From: Phyllosticta citribraziliensis
Taxonomy: Eukaryota
NCBI RefSeq assembly: GCF_038025025.1
Contig: NW_027117340.1
Coordinates: 372,001 to 436,000, forward strand
Reading direction: 5' to 3'
DNA: 64,000 nt
Shown here: piece after piece, positions 11,170-21,776 of the stretch
Layout of the letters: every line of letters begins with the position of its first letter
Position numbering within the stretch: the stretch's first letter is position 1
Notes under the pieces: generated by a model
Databases searched by the model: none
The model's input: the letters and a program-made list of their open reading frames with translations, nothing else
What the model was told of the DNA's origin: nothing
Program-made: the position numbers and the translations under genes

Positions 11170-12082
11170 ATGGAGGAAGAGGAGTATTACGAATACTATG
11201 GCGAGGATGCGTACGAGGAGGAGTACGAGCCGACTGCATGGCACTATGAAAGTGTCGAAGAGGTTCCCAAAAACATTCGCAAGTAAGGCCAGCCCCGGTA
11301 GTTGCGTGATTTTGGGGCAACTGACACTCATCAGATATTTCCACCAGCGATACCATCTCTTCGAGCGGTATGACGAGGGCGTGTTGCTAACAGACGATGC
11401 CTGGTTTGGCGTTACGCCGGAATATGTTGCCCGGTATGTCGTAACCATTCGTTTTCCAAGAATGCTTCTGCTGACTTGGCTCAGAACCATTGCAACACAT
11501 GTCGGCAATGCAGCCGGATCCGAAAAGACGACCATCGTCGACGCCTTTGTCGGCGTAGGTGGCAACGCCATAGCCTTCGCGCTCTCGGGCCGCTGGGAGC
11601 GCGTCTTTGCCATTGAGAAAGACCCGGAGACGCTCAAATGTGCCAAGCACAATGCCGAAATCTATGGCGTCGGCAACAAGATCTGGTGGATCGAAGGCGA
11701 CTGCCTCGACATCGTGCCCAAACGCTTCCCCGACATGAAGGAGACCGTCGTCTTTGCCAGCCCACCCTGGGGAGGCGTCAGCTATCGCCACCAGCCCGTT
11801 TTCGACCTTGAGACCATGCAGCCGTATGGTTTGAAGGAGCTATATCGCACGTTGAGCCGGTGCTCCAAGGAGCTGGTTCTTTACCTCCCTCGCTCGTCGG
11901 ATCTGAATCAGGTTGCTAGGTATGCTGCTGATGGAACCAAAACTTTGGTGGCGCACTACTGCTTGAGAGGCGCGAGCAAGGTAAGATATGTTGACAAGTT
12001 TTGTTGACTTCTGGCTCCTTGCTCTAACTACTGGTAACAGGCCCTCTGCGTATACTATGGCGACTTTGGGAGCGTCCCCTGA
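11170..12082 (+). CDS. TGS1: Trimethylguanosine synthase (RNA cap hypermethylase); introns 11283-11334, 11434-11484, 11981-12040
   Basis: KYFHQRYHLFERYDEG, WFGVTPE, IVDAFVGVGGNAIAFA (SAM-binding), VFASPPWGG, LYLPRSSDLNQ, KALCVYYG. Confidence 0.92.
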
Positions 12083-12965
12083 GCGACATCTGGTCTCTCT
12101 TTACCCAATTCAATTTTCGTACGGATTGACTCACGGGCCATTGTTCACGTGCGAGGTCACGATTCCGTCGCCCAAGTTGTTCGGATGGAACCATGACTGC
12201 CGCGGTCGAATTTTGCAAGGCTAGTCGACTGGCATTTACGTCCATTGTGATGGATGGGTGCCCACCTCTTTCCGTGAGCCCGTCGCAGTTGCGGGCGACA
12301 CTAAATGAATGAGACGGCAGCATCAAGACTCCCCAAGCAAGATTTAGGGGAAGTCGTGGATCAAAATGAGACCACTGGATGCTCTTGGGAGCATCTATTC
12401 TACTTGCAAGTCCGGGACAGTATGTAGATTGCGTCCGGGTTGTCTGTGGGAAGGTTAGATCATTGTGGTTCTGCGTGGTTCTCAGAATGGAGACATGACA
12501 GATCATGACAATTTTGAGCTCCATGTCAGAGTTGAAGTCTTTGATATGACGTGAATTCTGTAAATCTTGAAGTGAGGTTGAGGCAATGACCACGTCCCAG
12601 GTGATCTCAAGGAACTGGGTCCTAAATGCCTGACTAAGCGGCCCGCTCGGGTGAGGTCCGTGCGCAGGAGGCTTGGCTTGGCTTCCGTCCGCCAACGCTT
12701 CACGTCAACTGCGGTGCCACTCTCCTCCCACCCACCTCACCAGACGACTGCGCTCAGTTGTCGCTCGCCGAGCTCTCACGCGGATGAGCTGACCACACCC
12801 TACAAAGCCAAGCACGACTCAGAGGTTGTGTCTGCTGCTGGCGAAAGTAACCTCTAATTGCTGTCGTCGCAACAGCGCGCCCCAGGCGATCGTACTGGAA
12901 CGACACCTCTGACCTCGCAAACCTTACGACTCTCGAGTCCGGCGCACCTTCCCTGACCTTCCAAC

Positions 12966-15900
12966 ATGCCGCATGCCGTAGATCAGCAAGAACAGGCCGA
13001 TGAGGAGCTCATCAGCCAGTTGCTTGCCGCCGACCCCACCCATAATCCGCTCGATGGACTCCTCACCGGCGAACGGTTCGACCACGAGCCCAAGGCGGAC
13101 GATGCCGTGGACTACGAGGATATCGGGGACGATGACCTGGCAGAGGAAGATGTGGCAATCAAGACGGAGAATGCGAATGGAGACGTGGATGCCGACGGCG
13201 ATAATATCATGGACGATCTCTTCTCGGAGGCAAAAGCTGGCGACGGCGCAGATGCAGAAGGCGAGCACGACGACTTTGATGACTTGTTCGGCGACGGGCC
13301 TTCGTCGCCTCCGCCGACGCAATCCCAGGAATTGAACGATGCGCAAGTTTCAGCTGCCACCGAAGCCATTGCAGCGGCAGACTATGCTCCAGGCGCGCCC
13401 AACTCCCCGCCTCCTACGCAGATATCGAATCTCGATCACAGTCCAAAGAGCGGTCGCGATGAGCCCAGTTTGAAGGCCTCAGCGCTCGAACAAGGAGGAG
13501 GCGATGAAGAGGACGATGATGAGGACCTCAAGATACAAAGGGAGCTTTTCGCAGAGGCGCAAGCACGCCTTCGCAAGGGTGGAGTGGAACCGGAGGCGAT
13601 TCCCCCTGCGCCGCAAACCGACCATGATGTGTTTCAAGCAATCTGGCACAACTATGAGCCAGGGGGTGTGCTCCGCTTTGGCGAGCTTCTGCCTCATCGG
13701 CGCGCGTATTACGTGCCCAAAGTCCCGTTCAAGCCACCAAAGGCTGTTCAACCAACAAAGGTCAACCTCGACATACAAAATGACCAGGAAAAGGCGTTTC
13801 GCCTGCCTCCTTCAGCTTCTGCGAATCGTAACCAACGCTCCAACGAAAATGAACACAAAGGCCTCCAGCTCATCACCGAGGCCGAGGCTGGTGAAGAAGA
13901 GAGTGACGAAGATCACACAATGCTGGACGACTTTGATCCAAACGAAAGATTTGGAGCCGTCACTGGTAACGACCTCTTGATGGTTGTAGACAGTTGGGAT
14001 ATCCCTTCACCGGACAGCATGTCTGAAGCAGATGGGCACGAATTTACCGCCACAGGTCCACGAGACATGCCTACAATCTTTGATGACTGGGACCGCGAAG
14101 AAAAAGGACGCCCTCGCAAGAAGCGCAGAACTGACTCGGGTAAGAGCTTACCGGTATTCCACGACGCGTTGCCAAATCTTGAAGAGCCCGAAGATGTTAC
14201 GGCAAAAACTGGAAAGAAGGTCGTTCTTGATCTCAATGATCCCGAGCTACTCTTGGACATTCAGCAGCCAGACACCGCTCGCAAAAAGGCTCGTCCACAA
14301 GACTTCCGTCGCGAGGTCAGTGGTAGTCTCACAAAGTCTCTCTTCCAAAAGTTCAACATCTCCAACGACGAGAGTTACGACGTTTTGAAGCACAACAACC
14401 GCGAAAAGGTGCGGAACATTACCAACTTGAACTCGCTGGAGCACAGCTTGCCAGCTGTGCGGTTGCAATTTCCCTTTTACAAGCTCGAGCTGGCCCCTCG
14501 AGACTGTCGTGCATTCCACAGGCCAAACATGACCTTTGTTCCAGGCCAACTGGTCAGGTTCGAGAAGCAAAAGTCCAAGAAGAAGAAGGATCTCAAAGGC
14601 CAGGACCCCAAAACGCTCTACGCCAAGTCGGACGACCTCTCTCTGCGCGACAACTCCAACATGCTTCTGCTGGAATACTCGGAAGAGTGCCCAACCACAC
14701 TGTCCAACTTTGGCATGTGCAATCGCCTCATCAACTACTACAGACGCAAGGACAAGGACGACAACTTCCGCCCCAAGCTTGATCTCGGTGAGCCTGTGGT
14801 GCTGAGCCCCAATGACCAGAGTCCCTTTGCCATTTTTGGCAACGTTCATGCCGGAGAAACGGTCCCGACGCTGCACAATGGCATGTTCCGTGCACCTGTA
14901 TTTGCCCACAACACCAAGCCTACCGACTTTCTTGTCATCCGGACCACCACAGGTATCCACGGCACCGATTGGTACATCCGCAACCTCCAAAACTTGTTCG
15001 TCGTCGGGCAGCAGTACCCTTCGCAGCAAGTTCCTGGAATACACTCTCGAAAAGTCACCGACATTTCTAAACGACGCCTCAAGATGATTGCTTACCGTCT
15101 CTACAATAAGAATGTAGACAAGCGATCACCGCTGACCAACCACATGATTGCCGACCACTTGCGCGGTAGTGACATTGCCCAAAATCGCGGCAAGATGCGT
15201 GAATTCATGCAATACGACAAGGAGGTTTCTTCGTGGAGACCAATGCCTGGAGAGACACTCCCGGATGAAAGTCAAATGCGGGGATGGATCTCACCAGAGG
15301 ACATTTGCCTTCTTGATGCCATGCAGGTCGGCGTCAAGCAACTCCAGGACGCAGGATACCAAGAGGACAACGATGTGGCGATGGAAGACGAAGATGGCGA
15401 GGCAACCGACGCGTATGTGCATCAACAGCTGGCCCCTTGGAACACTACCAAGAACTTCCTCGAAGCCAGTTCGCGGAGGGCGATGCTGGAACTGCACGGC
15501 AAGGGCGATCCCACAGGCCGCGGGGAGGGCATCAGCATGATCAAGACATCGATGAAGGGCGGCTACAAGCCACAAGGCCAAAGCGCCAACGACAAGATGG
15601 ACGCCAAGGCGCGGAAGGACATTGGCGGGCACAGCTACAACGTCAAGGAGCAGGAAGCAAACTACAACGCGGCCATCAATAAGATTTGGGAGGCGCAGAA
15701 GGCGAGCTTGTCCTCGAACATCGAGCACTCCGATGTTGAGTTGGATCCGGATGACGCCGGAGAAGAACGCGTCGAGACCATGAGTCGCGGGAGAACACCC
15801 CAGTCTCAATACGGCACACCCGCCACTGCCCGTCGCGACGACGAGACTATGAGTCAATTCAGTCGCTTCAGCACATCGAGTCAGTCAAGAAACAGGGTCC

Positions 15901-16472
15901 TGAAGATTGTCCGCAGAGTTCCCAACAAGTATGGGAAGCTGGAGGTGCAAGAGGAGCTCGTGACGGACCCGACCGTCATCAGGATGTACACTGAGAGGCG
16001 CCGCGACGAACAGGTGGACTCGGTCGGACTTGGGCAGCTCAAACCCACCGGAGACGAGGACACGGATGCTCGTGCTCGCAAGCGTTTGATGCTCGAGCTG
16101 CAACGTCTTGAGCGCAACAAGGAACGACGCCAGGTCCGCGAAAAGGCAAAGGCTGCGTTGAGCAACGTGGGCATCGGCCCTGACGGCAAGGCTATTGGAA
16201 CGACGCGCAAGTGTGCCAACTGCAACAGACCTGGCCACATCAAAACCAACAAGAAGATGTGTCCGATGCTCAACGGCATCGCGGCCACCATTGAAGAGTT
16301 GGAAAATGTCGAGGCAGCTAACCCCGGCTCGACGTACCCTCCTTTTGGAAAGTCCAAGAAGGGCAATGCCAACGCCAACGCACCAACAAGCAGCGCAGCT
16401 TCGCCCCCAGGACCGGCGACATCACAGGCAACTCCTCAGCAACCACCACCGGAGTTTGAAATGACGGGGTGA
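12966..16472 (+). CDS. TAF1: TFIID subunit 1 (Taf1), intronless, 1168 aa
   Basis: Acidic N-terminus (DAVDYEDIGDDDLAEE), central DUF3591-type region (FNISNDESY, LEHSLPA, LLEYSEE, YYRRK, LAPWNTTKNF, GDPTGRGEG) and C-terminal zinc knuckle RKCANCNRPGHIKTNKKMCP. Confidence 0.96.
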   Translation: MPHAVDQQEQADEELISQLLAADPTHNPLDGLLTGERFDHEPKADDAVDYEDIGDDDLAEEDVAIKTENANGDVDADGDNIMDDLFSEAKAGDGADAEGEHDDFDDLFGDGPSSPPPTQSQELNDAQVSAATEAIAAADYAPGAPNSPPPTQISNLDHSPKSGRDEPSLKASALEQGGGDEEDDDEDLKIQRELFAEAQARLRKGGVEPEAIPPAPQTDHDVFQAIWHNYEPGGVLRFGELLPHRRAYYVPKVPFKPPKAVQPTKVNLDIQNDQEKAFRLPPSASANRNQRSNENEHKGLQLITEAEAGEEESDEDHTMLDDFDPNERFGAVTGNDLLMVVDSWDIPSPDSMSEADGHEFTATGPRDMPTIFDDWDREEKGRPRKKRRTDSGKSLPVFHDALPNLEEPEDVTAKTGKKVVLDLNDPELLLDIQQPDTARKKARPQDFRREVSGSLTKSLFQKFNISNDESYDVLKHNNREKVRNITNLNSLEHSLPAVRLQFPFYKLELAPRDCRAFHRPNMTFVPGQLVRFEKQKSKKKKDLKGQDPKTLYAKSDDLSLRDNSNMLLLEYSEECPTTLSNFGMCNRLINYYRRKDKDDNFRPKLDLGEPVVLSPNDQSPFAIFGNVHAGETVPTLHNGMFRAPVFAHNTKPTDFLVIRTTTGIHGTDWYIRNLQNLFVVGQQYPSQQVPGIHSRKVTDISKRRLKMIAYRLYNKNVDKRSPLTNHMIADHLRGSDIAQNRGKMREFMQYDKEVSSWRPMPGETLPDESQMRGWISPEDICLLDAMQVGVKQLQDAGYQEDNDVAMEDEDGEATDAYVHQQLAPWNTTKNFLEASSRRAMLELHGKGDPTGRGEGISMIKTSMKGGYKPQGQSANDKMDAKARKDIGGHSYNVKEQEANYNAAINKIWEAQKASLSSNIEHSDVELDPDDAGEERVETMSRGRTPQSQYGTPATARRDDETMSQFSRFSTSSQSRNRVLKIVRRVPNKYGKLEVQEELVTDPTVIRMYTERRRDEQVDSVGLGQLKPTGDEDTDARARKRLMLELQRLERNKERRQVREKAKAALSNVGIGPDGKAIGTTRKCANCNRPGHIKTNKKMCPMLNGIAATIEELENVEAANPGSTYPPFGKSKKGNANANAPTSSAASPPGPATSQATPQQPPPEFEMTG

Positions 16473-17890
16473 ACGGCGTTTCCAGCAGAGATTTTTAGCA
16501 TTTTTAGGGACGGCAAAGCCAGGCGCAAAAAGGGACGGTAGGGGCATGACAGGAGAAACACGCCGTGGAAAGGGACAGGGGAAGGGGAAAGAGCTGATGG
16601 GATCGGGCTGGAAAGATGCCACATCGGGAGCATTCGTACGGGACCACGGTGGGCACGAGGCACATGCTCAAAGCAGAGAGGGTCGCCGAACGAAGAATAA
16701 ATCCAAGGCTAGAGATAGCGAATACATGAAGTACCACGAGTCCGGTGCCGTCGAGTAACACATGTCGACTACCAGTGAGGGCGACGGGGGCATGACCGAG
16801 AAGCAAAGTGGCTGCTGGTGACACAGGAGCGAAAGGTGCCTGGATGGGCGTTGAGACGGAGCTTGTCATGGGGCTGAAGGCTGGTCGACGTGGCGCATCT
16901 TCTGTCACAAGTTGGGTGTGAGCAGCAGGAACAGCATTCAGCATCGGAGGCTCTGAGATTCCCATGAGGACGGCAAGGAGATGACGGGCAGGTCCTGAGC
17001 CACTCAGACGGAGGGCGAGGGACAAGCCATGCGCGATTTCGAGATGGTGGTCACGAGGGCGCGTCTCCTTATCCACCGCACCCCATGTGAGCTTGGGCTA
17101 CTAGCGCCACATCCAAAGAAGTCGGCAGCGGCCGCTGACGGCGGGAGTGGACAAGTGACTCGAAATGGACGGGCTGGGCGTGGAGAGCAAAGAAAGGAGC
17201 AGTGAGACAGCGTCTGAGGGATGGGGACGAATTGGCTGGGCCCGAAGAGGCACTGGAGGGCGGAGGAGGGGAAGGCAGGGTAGGTAGGAAAAGGCTACGG
17301 CGGGCGATAAGAGCTAGGCACGACGTTGCGCAGCGGGAGATGGAGCTGACACGGGGAAGTCTTGGGGAGGTGGAGGCCGGGGTCGGGGTCGGGTCGAGTC
17401 AAAGGAAAAGACTGTGGTGGTTGCTCTGGGCAAGGGTAGGTGTGTTGGCGCCAGGGTCGAGGTGGAACGTGGACGAGGGGACGTCTCGAGGGCGCAGGGC
17501 AGGGCAGCGGGCATGAGCACGCAGCGAGGGAGAGAGAGGGAGGGGCAGAGACAGCCAAGCGTGAAGAATCAAGCTAAGATGGACGCCGATTGCCAGTAGA
17601 CAGCAGCAGGCAATAGGGCGTCAGGAAACGTGGACGACAAAGATGTTGTGGTGTTATGGATTAGGTTTAGCGTTGAAGTGCGAGTTGATGAGATGGTTTG
17701 ATTTTCAGCGCTGCGAGCTCAAAACCCCCCGCCTGCCCACCTCACGCGCGCCCTCGACTTCCCGGCACCTCTGCGACGCAGCAACAACCACCGCGCCAAC
17801 GAAATCTCGCGCTCAAACAGCCCATCATCCAAAAGCCTGCCTTCTGCTCCATCCACCCCATCCATTTTCGCAATTCCCATTCCATCAGCC

Positions 17891-19099
17891 ATGCCTCCCA
17901 AGAAGTCCGCCGCTGCCGCGCCCAAGAAGGCCCCGAGCTCCTCCGCTCACACCTCTTACCAAGGTTTGTCCCACGCACCACCACCACCATCCGCTGCAAT
18001 CGCATCATGCCCATCTGCTTCGCCGATCAATACTGACTCTCGTCCCCAGCCATGATTTCCGATGCCATTACCGCTGTAAGTCTACAAGTTCCGGCGCATC
18101 ACGGTCGCAAGCGACGAGCCCGCGTCGCCTGGCCGCCCGCCCCGCCCGCCTCAACCACGACCGCTTTGACGACCCCCAAAGCACTGCAATGCAGCAAGCT
18201 GACGCCTAGTTTTTCCCCCGTAGCTCAAGGAGCGCTCCGGTAGCAGGTGTGTTTGCCCCCTTTCCCCCCGTCCGCGCCTGACGCCCGTTGAGGCGGGGCG
18301 CTGGTTTGGCCTGTTGGGAGACTGACGTGTCCGCAGCCGTCAAGCCATCAAGAAGTATGTCATGGCAAACAACAAAATCGGCGACATCACCGACAACCAA
18401 TTCAACCAACACATCAACCGCGCCATCCAGCAGGGTGTCGCCAAGGGCATTTTTGACCAGCCCAAGGGTGAGCGACTCCATCTCGTTGAACGACCGGCGC
18501 ATCCAGCGTCTTTTCCTCGCCACTGGACTCGAGCTGACCCAAACAAGGTGCCTCTGGCCCCGTGAAGCTCAAGAAGTCGGACAGCAAGGCTAAGCCCGTC
18601 GCCGCCGCTACTAAAAAGGAGCCCGCTGCTAAGAAGGCCGCCACCACGACCAAGGTACATTTTATTCACCCCAGAGACGCGTGATATCAACCATACTAAT
18701 CCAGGCAGAAGGCTGCCCCCAAGGAGAAGGCTGCCGCGCCCAAGAAGGAGAAGGCCGCGCCCAAGAAGGCCCCTGCTCCCAAGAAGGCTGCCGCCGCCGC
18801 TAAGCCCGCAGCAAAGAAGACTGCCACCAAGGCCAACACCGGCCGCGGCCGCAAGGCTGCCGCAACCACCTCTGTAAGTTTTAACTCACCAAGCAGTTGC
18901 AAATGGTGCAACAGTACTGACTGTTTTCGCGCAGGCCCCCGCTGTTGAGGACAAGCCGGCGACGGTCCTCGGGAAGACCAAGTCTGGCCGCGTGACCAAG
19001 ACCAAGGCACCCGCGGCATCGGCCAAGCCGGCCGCAAAGGCGGGCACCAAGAAGGCGGCCGCTGGCAAGAAGGCGACGCCCAAGAAGGCCGCTGCGTAA
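17891..19099 (+). CDS. HHO1: Linker histone H1; exons 17891-17963, 18050-18075, 18224-18246, 18337-18467, 18548-18654, 18709-18873, 18935-19099
   Basis: Spliced globular domain [34 protein letters not shown]...FDQPKGASGPVKL followed by a Lys/Ala/Pro-rich tail; six GT-AG introns with branch sites. Confidence 0.95.
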
Positions 19100-21490
19100 A
19101 TGACGACGTGTTGAGATTTGGGTGATTCCAATTCTGGCAGGCGTTTTTTTGCGGGTTGACTTGAGCCTTGTTGTTTTTCTTGCCTTGCGTGTCCGACAAG
19201 CCTTTCTTGTTGCTGTCGCTGTTCTTTTTTTCGACGCCTCGTCGTCGTCGTTGTCGCACTTGTTGCTTCTCGGCTCTTCTTCGAAATGGGTACGGCTGGC
19301 TGGCTGCTACTGCGGTAGTCGAGGTAGACCGGACCGGCTGGCTGGCTATCTATGTGGTGGCTACCTGGTCATCCGATCTACCTGTTGTCTGCCCTGGCTG
19401 TCGGTCTGTCTTATGATGAACGGCGTCAATCCTGGGTTCGGGTACGGTGTGTTACGGGTACGGTACAAAGGGCGCGAGGCCGAGCCTCGCCAGTCAGTCA
19501 GTCCCGCTGGTGCCAGGCGGGCAAGCACACGGGATGGATGGACGACGGGACGAATGAACCCTTCGGTCCTCTCTTCCACCGCGTCGCTGCTTGCTTGCTT
19601 GCTTGCTTGCTCCTTCGCTTCAACAACGCGACTGACGGACTGACGGACTGCACGGAACCTCTCTCCTCTCCTCCCGCCGTCTTGCTCTCCATTCCTCTCG
19701 CGATTGACGGACGGGCGGGGTGGTTCCCCTTTCCCACTTCTCTCTACGGGCTATTTTTTCCGCGCACCTCACGTTACGGCTTTCCCTTCCTTTCCTTTTT
19801 ACCCCTCTCGTTCTCGATCTTTTCTCGTTTTTGTCTTGGTCTGCTTTTCTGCTTTTTAGTCTCGCAACGGTCGTCTCAAGGGAAAGGAGTGGGTGGGTGG
19901 GTATGTGGGGCTGCACGGCGTTTTCTGGGACGGAGCAACTGCCTGATGTATGTACGTATGCTTCGTACGAACGAAACCGACGGACGGAGGGGGGGTGGTG
20001 GGGGGGTGGGCTTGCTTGCCACGTCACGGCAACATCAATGAAAGCAATCTGTCTGTCTGGCTGTCGGAAGAATGGATGATGTGCTCTTCTCGTCAGTCTT
20101 GTGGTTGATTGACTGCTATGCCGTTGATGGTGTCCTGTTCACTGCCATCGGTTGAGTGGGTGTGGGTAAACAGCCGCAGTTGCTGAACGTGTCCAGTCTC
20201 TGCCTAATGTGTTCTGATAGGCGTGTGGTACAGTACAGTAGGTATAGCACGCATAGCACAGCACAGCAAATATACACATGCGCTGCCGGTCAACGCGTTG
20301 CACAATTGGCGGTAGACAGCCGTGTGTATGGACACGATGCCGGCTGGAGATGAGACCACCATCATTTCAGGTCGCATGTCTAGTCTGAATATTGGGAAGA
20401 GTTGTGAACATGTATGTGTTTATATCCATGTCAAGTGTGTATGTTTATGGCTTCGGTTGGGCGCGATGGTGGTGGTGGTGGGCGGGCGGTGCGGAGCGGC
20501 AGGCGGGACGTTGGTCGGGCCGATTGGATGTTTTGGGCGGCGTGTTTCCTTCGTGGTGGCTCCGTGCGTGTCTGGGCGGGCAGGCGACTTGGCGGCGGAT
20601 GTAAGGATGGGTTCAGACTTGAGATGGGGAGGGAAGGTGAAGACGGAGGGGGAAGAGGAGAAGGGGGGAGGATTATAATGTTGTTGGTCAGCCTCGAGGC
20701 ATTTGATTATTGATGGTTGTGTGGTCACGGTGGTGATGTGGTGTGGCTTTGCGGGAGACGGGCAGGGGGGAGATGATGATGGTGCTTGGCGAGTAAGTGA
20801 CAGAGAGGGAGCATGAATGGGACGGTGGGACAAGCGATGAAGAAGAGACGGCGATGGCGAAGTTTTGGAGCAGCGAGTGAATAATGAGCACCGTGGCTGG
20901 ACAGGAGGAGCAGTCGTCCGTCTTGTCTTGGCCATCCATGATGCAGCGTGTTGCTATTCTGGTAACGGGTGTGGTCAGGTCCAAGTCGTCGGCCGCGGCG
21001 CTCCACGGGTGACGAAGCTGGACCTGAGGGCGTGGCAGCAAGCAGGTTCTGCATGTCGATGGCTGTACTCGATGGAGGCTGGAGTGCACCGAAGCGAAGC
21101 AGGGCAGCGTGTTTCAAAGGGCGTACATGTAGAGATGGAGTCGGCAGCGAGGGAGAGCGAGACTGTCGCATCGCAGGGCCCGAGCACGGCAGCACAGCCG
21201 CAGCGTCATTTCGGACGGTCGATTCTCCGGCCCTTTGGCGTCTTTGTCATCGCACCCTTCCCTTCCCTTCACAGAGCAGAGCAGAGCAGAGCAGCCAGCC
21301 CAGCCCCCAAGAGAACGAGGAGCCAGCATCTTCACCCTAAGCCTCCTTTCCACCACTACTACAGTACCGTACACTACTCTCCCACTGTCCACCGCCCGTC
21401 TTCACTTTCTCACTTTCTGCCGCCTCGTCCAGCTCTGTTCTGCTCTGCTTCGCCGTCGTCCAGTGATACCCCAATCTCATCCTTCTTTTC

Positions 21491-21533
21491 CTTCCTCTTC
21501 CTCTTCCTCTTCCTCTTCTTCTTCTTCTTCTTC
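21491..21533. repeat. (CTCTTC)n/(CTT)n pyrimidine microsatellite in the probable MSS4 leader
   Basis: Direct reading. Confidence 0.85.
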
Positions 21534-21776
21534 TCTCCCCTCCTCTCCCCTCCGCCTCCCTCTCCTTTGCGCCAGTCGTCCCAAGCCGCGCCCCGCTGCC
21601 CGCCTTCCGTTGCGCCCGCCGCTCCCGCTCGCCGCCCATCAGCGCAATCATATCACCTAGACGACTGGCCCCCCTCGCTCCCCTACCGACCCACGCCTCG
21701 CCTCGCCTCGCCTTGCGTCGCCCACTCCCATGTCCTCTGCTTCATGACTTACCTGCTCATGCTGCACTCTGGAGAC

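Noticed and set aside
12024..12695. 223-aa minus-strand ORF between TGS1 and TAF1
   Set aside because: No recognisable motif, overlaps the TGS1 3' end, and composition does not look like the real genes.
20865..21776. 300-aa N-terminal extension of MSS4 in the ORF track
   Set aside because: Runs through a microsatellite translating as poly-Phe/Leu; more likely a stop-poor 5' UTR.
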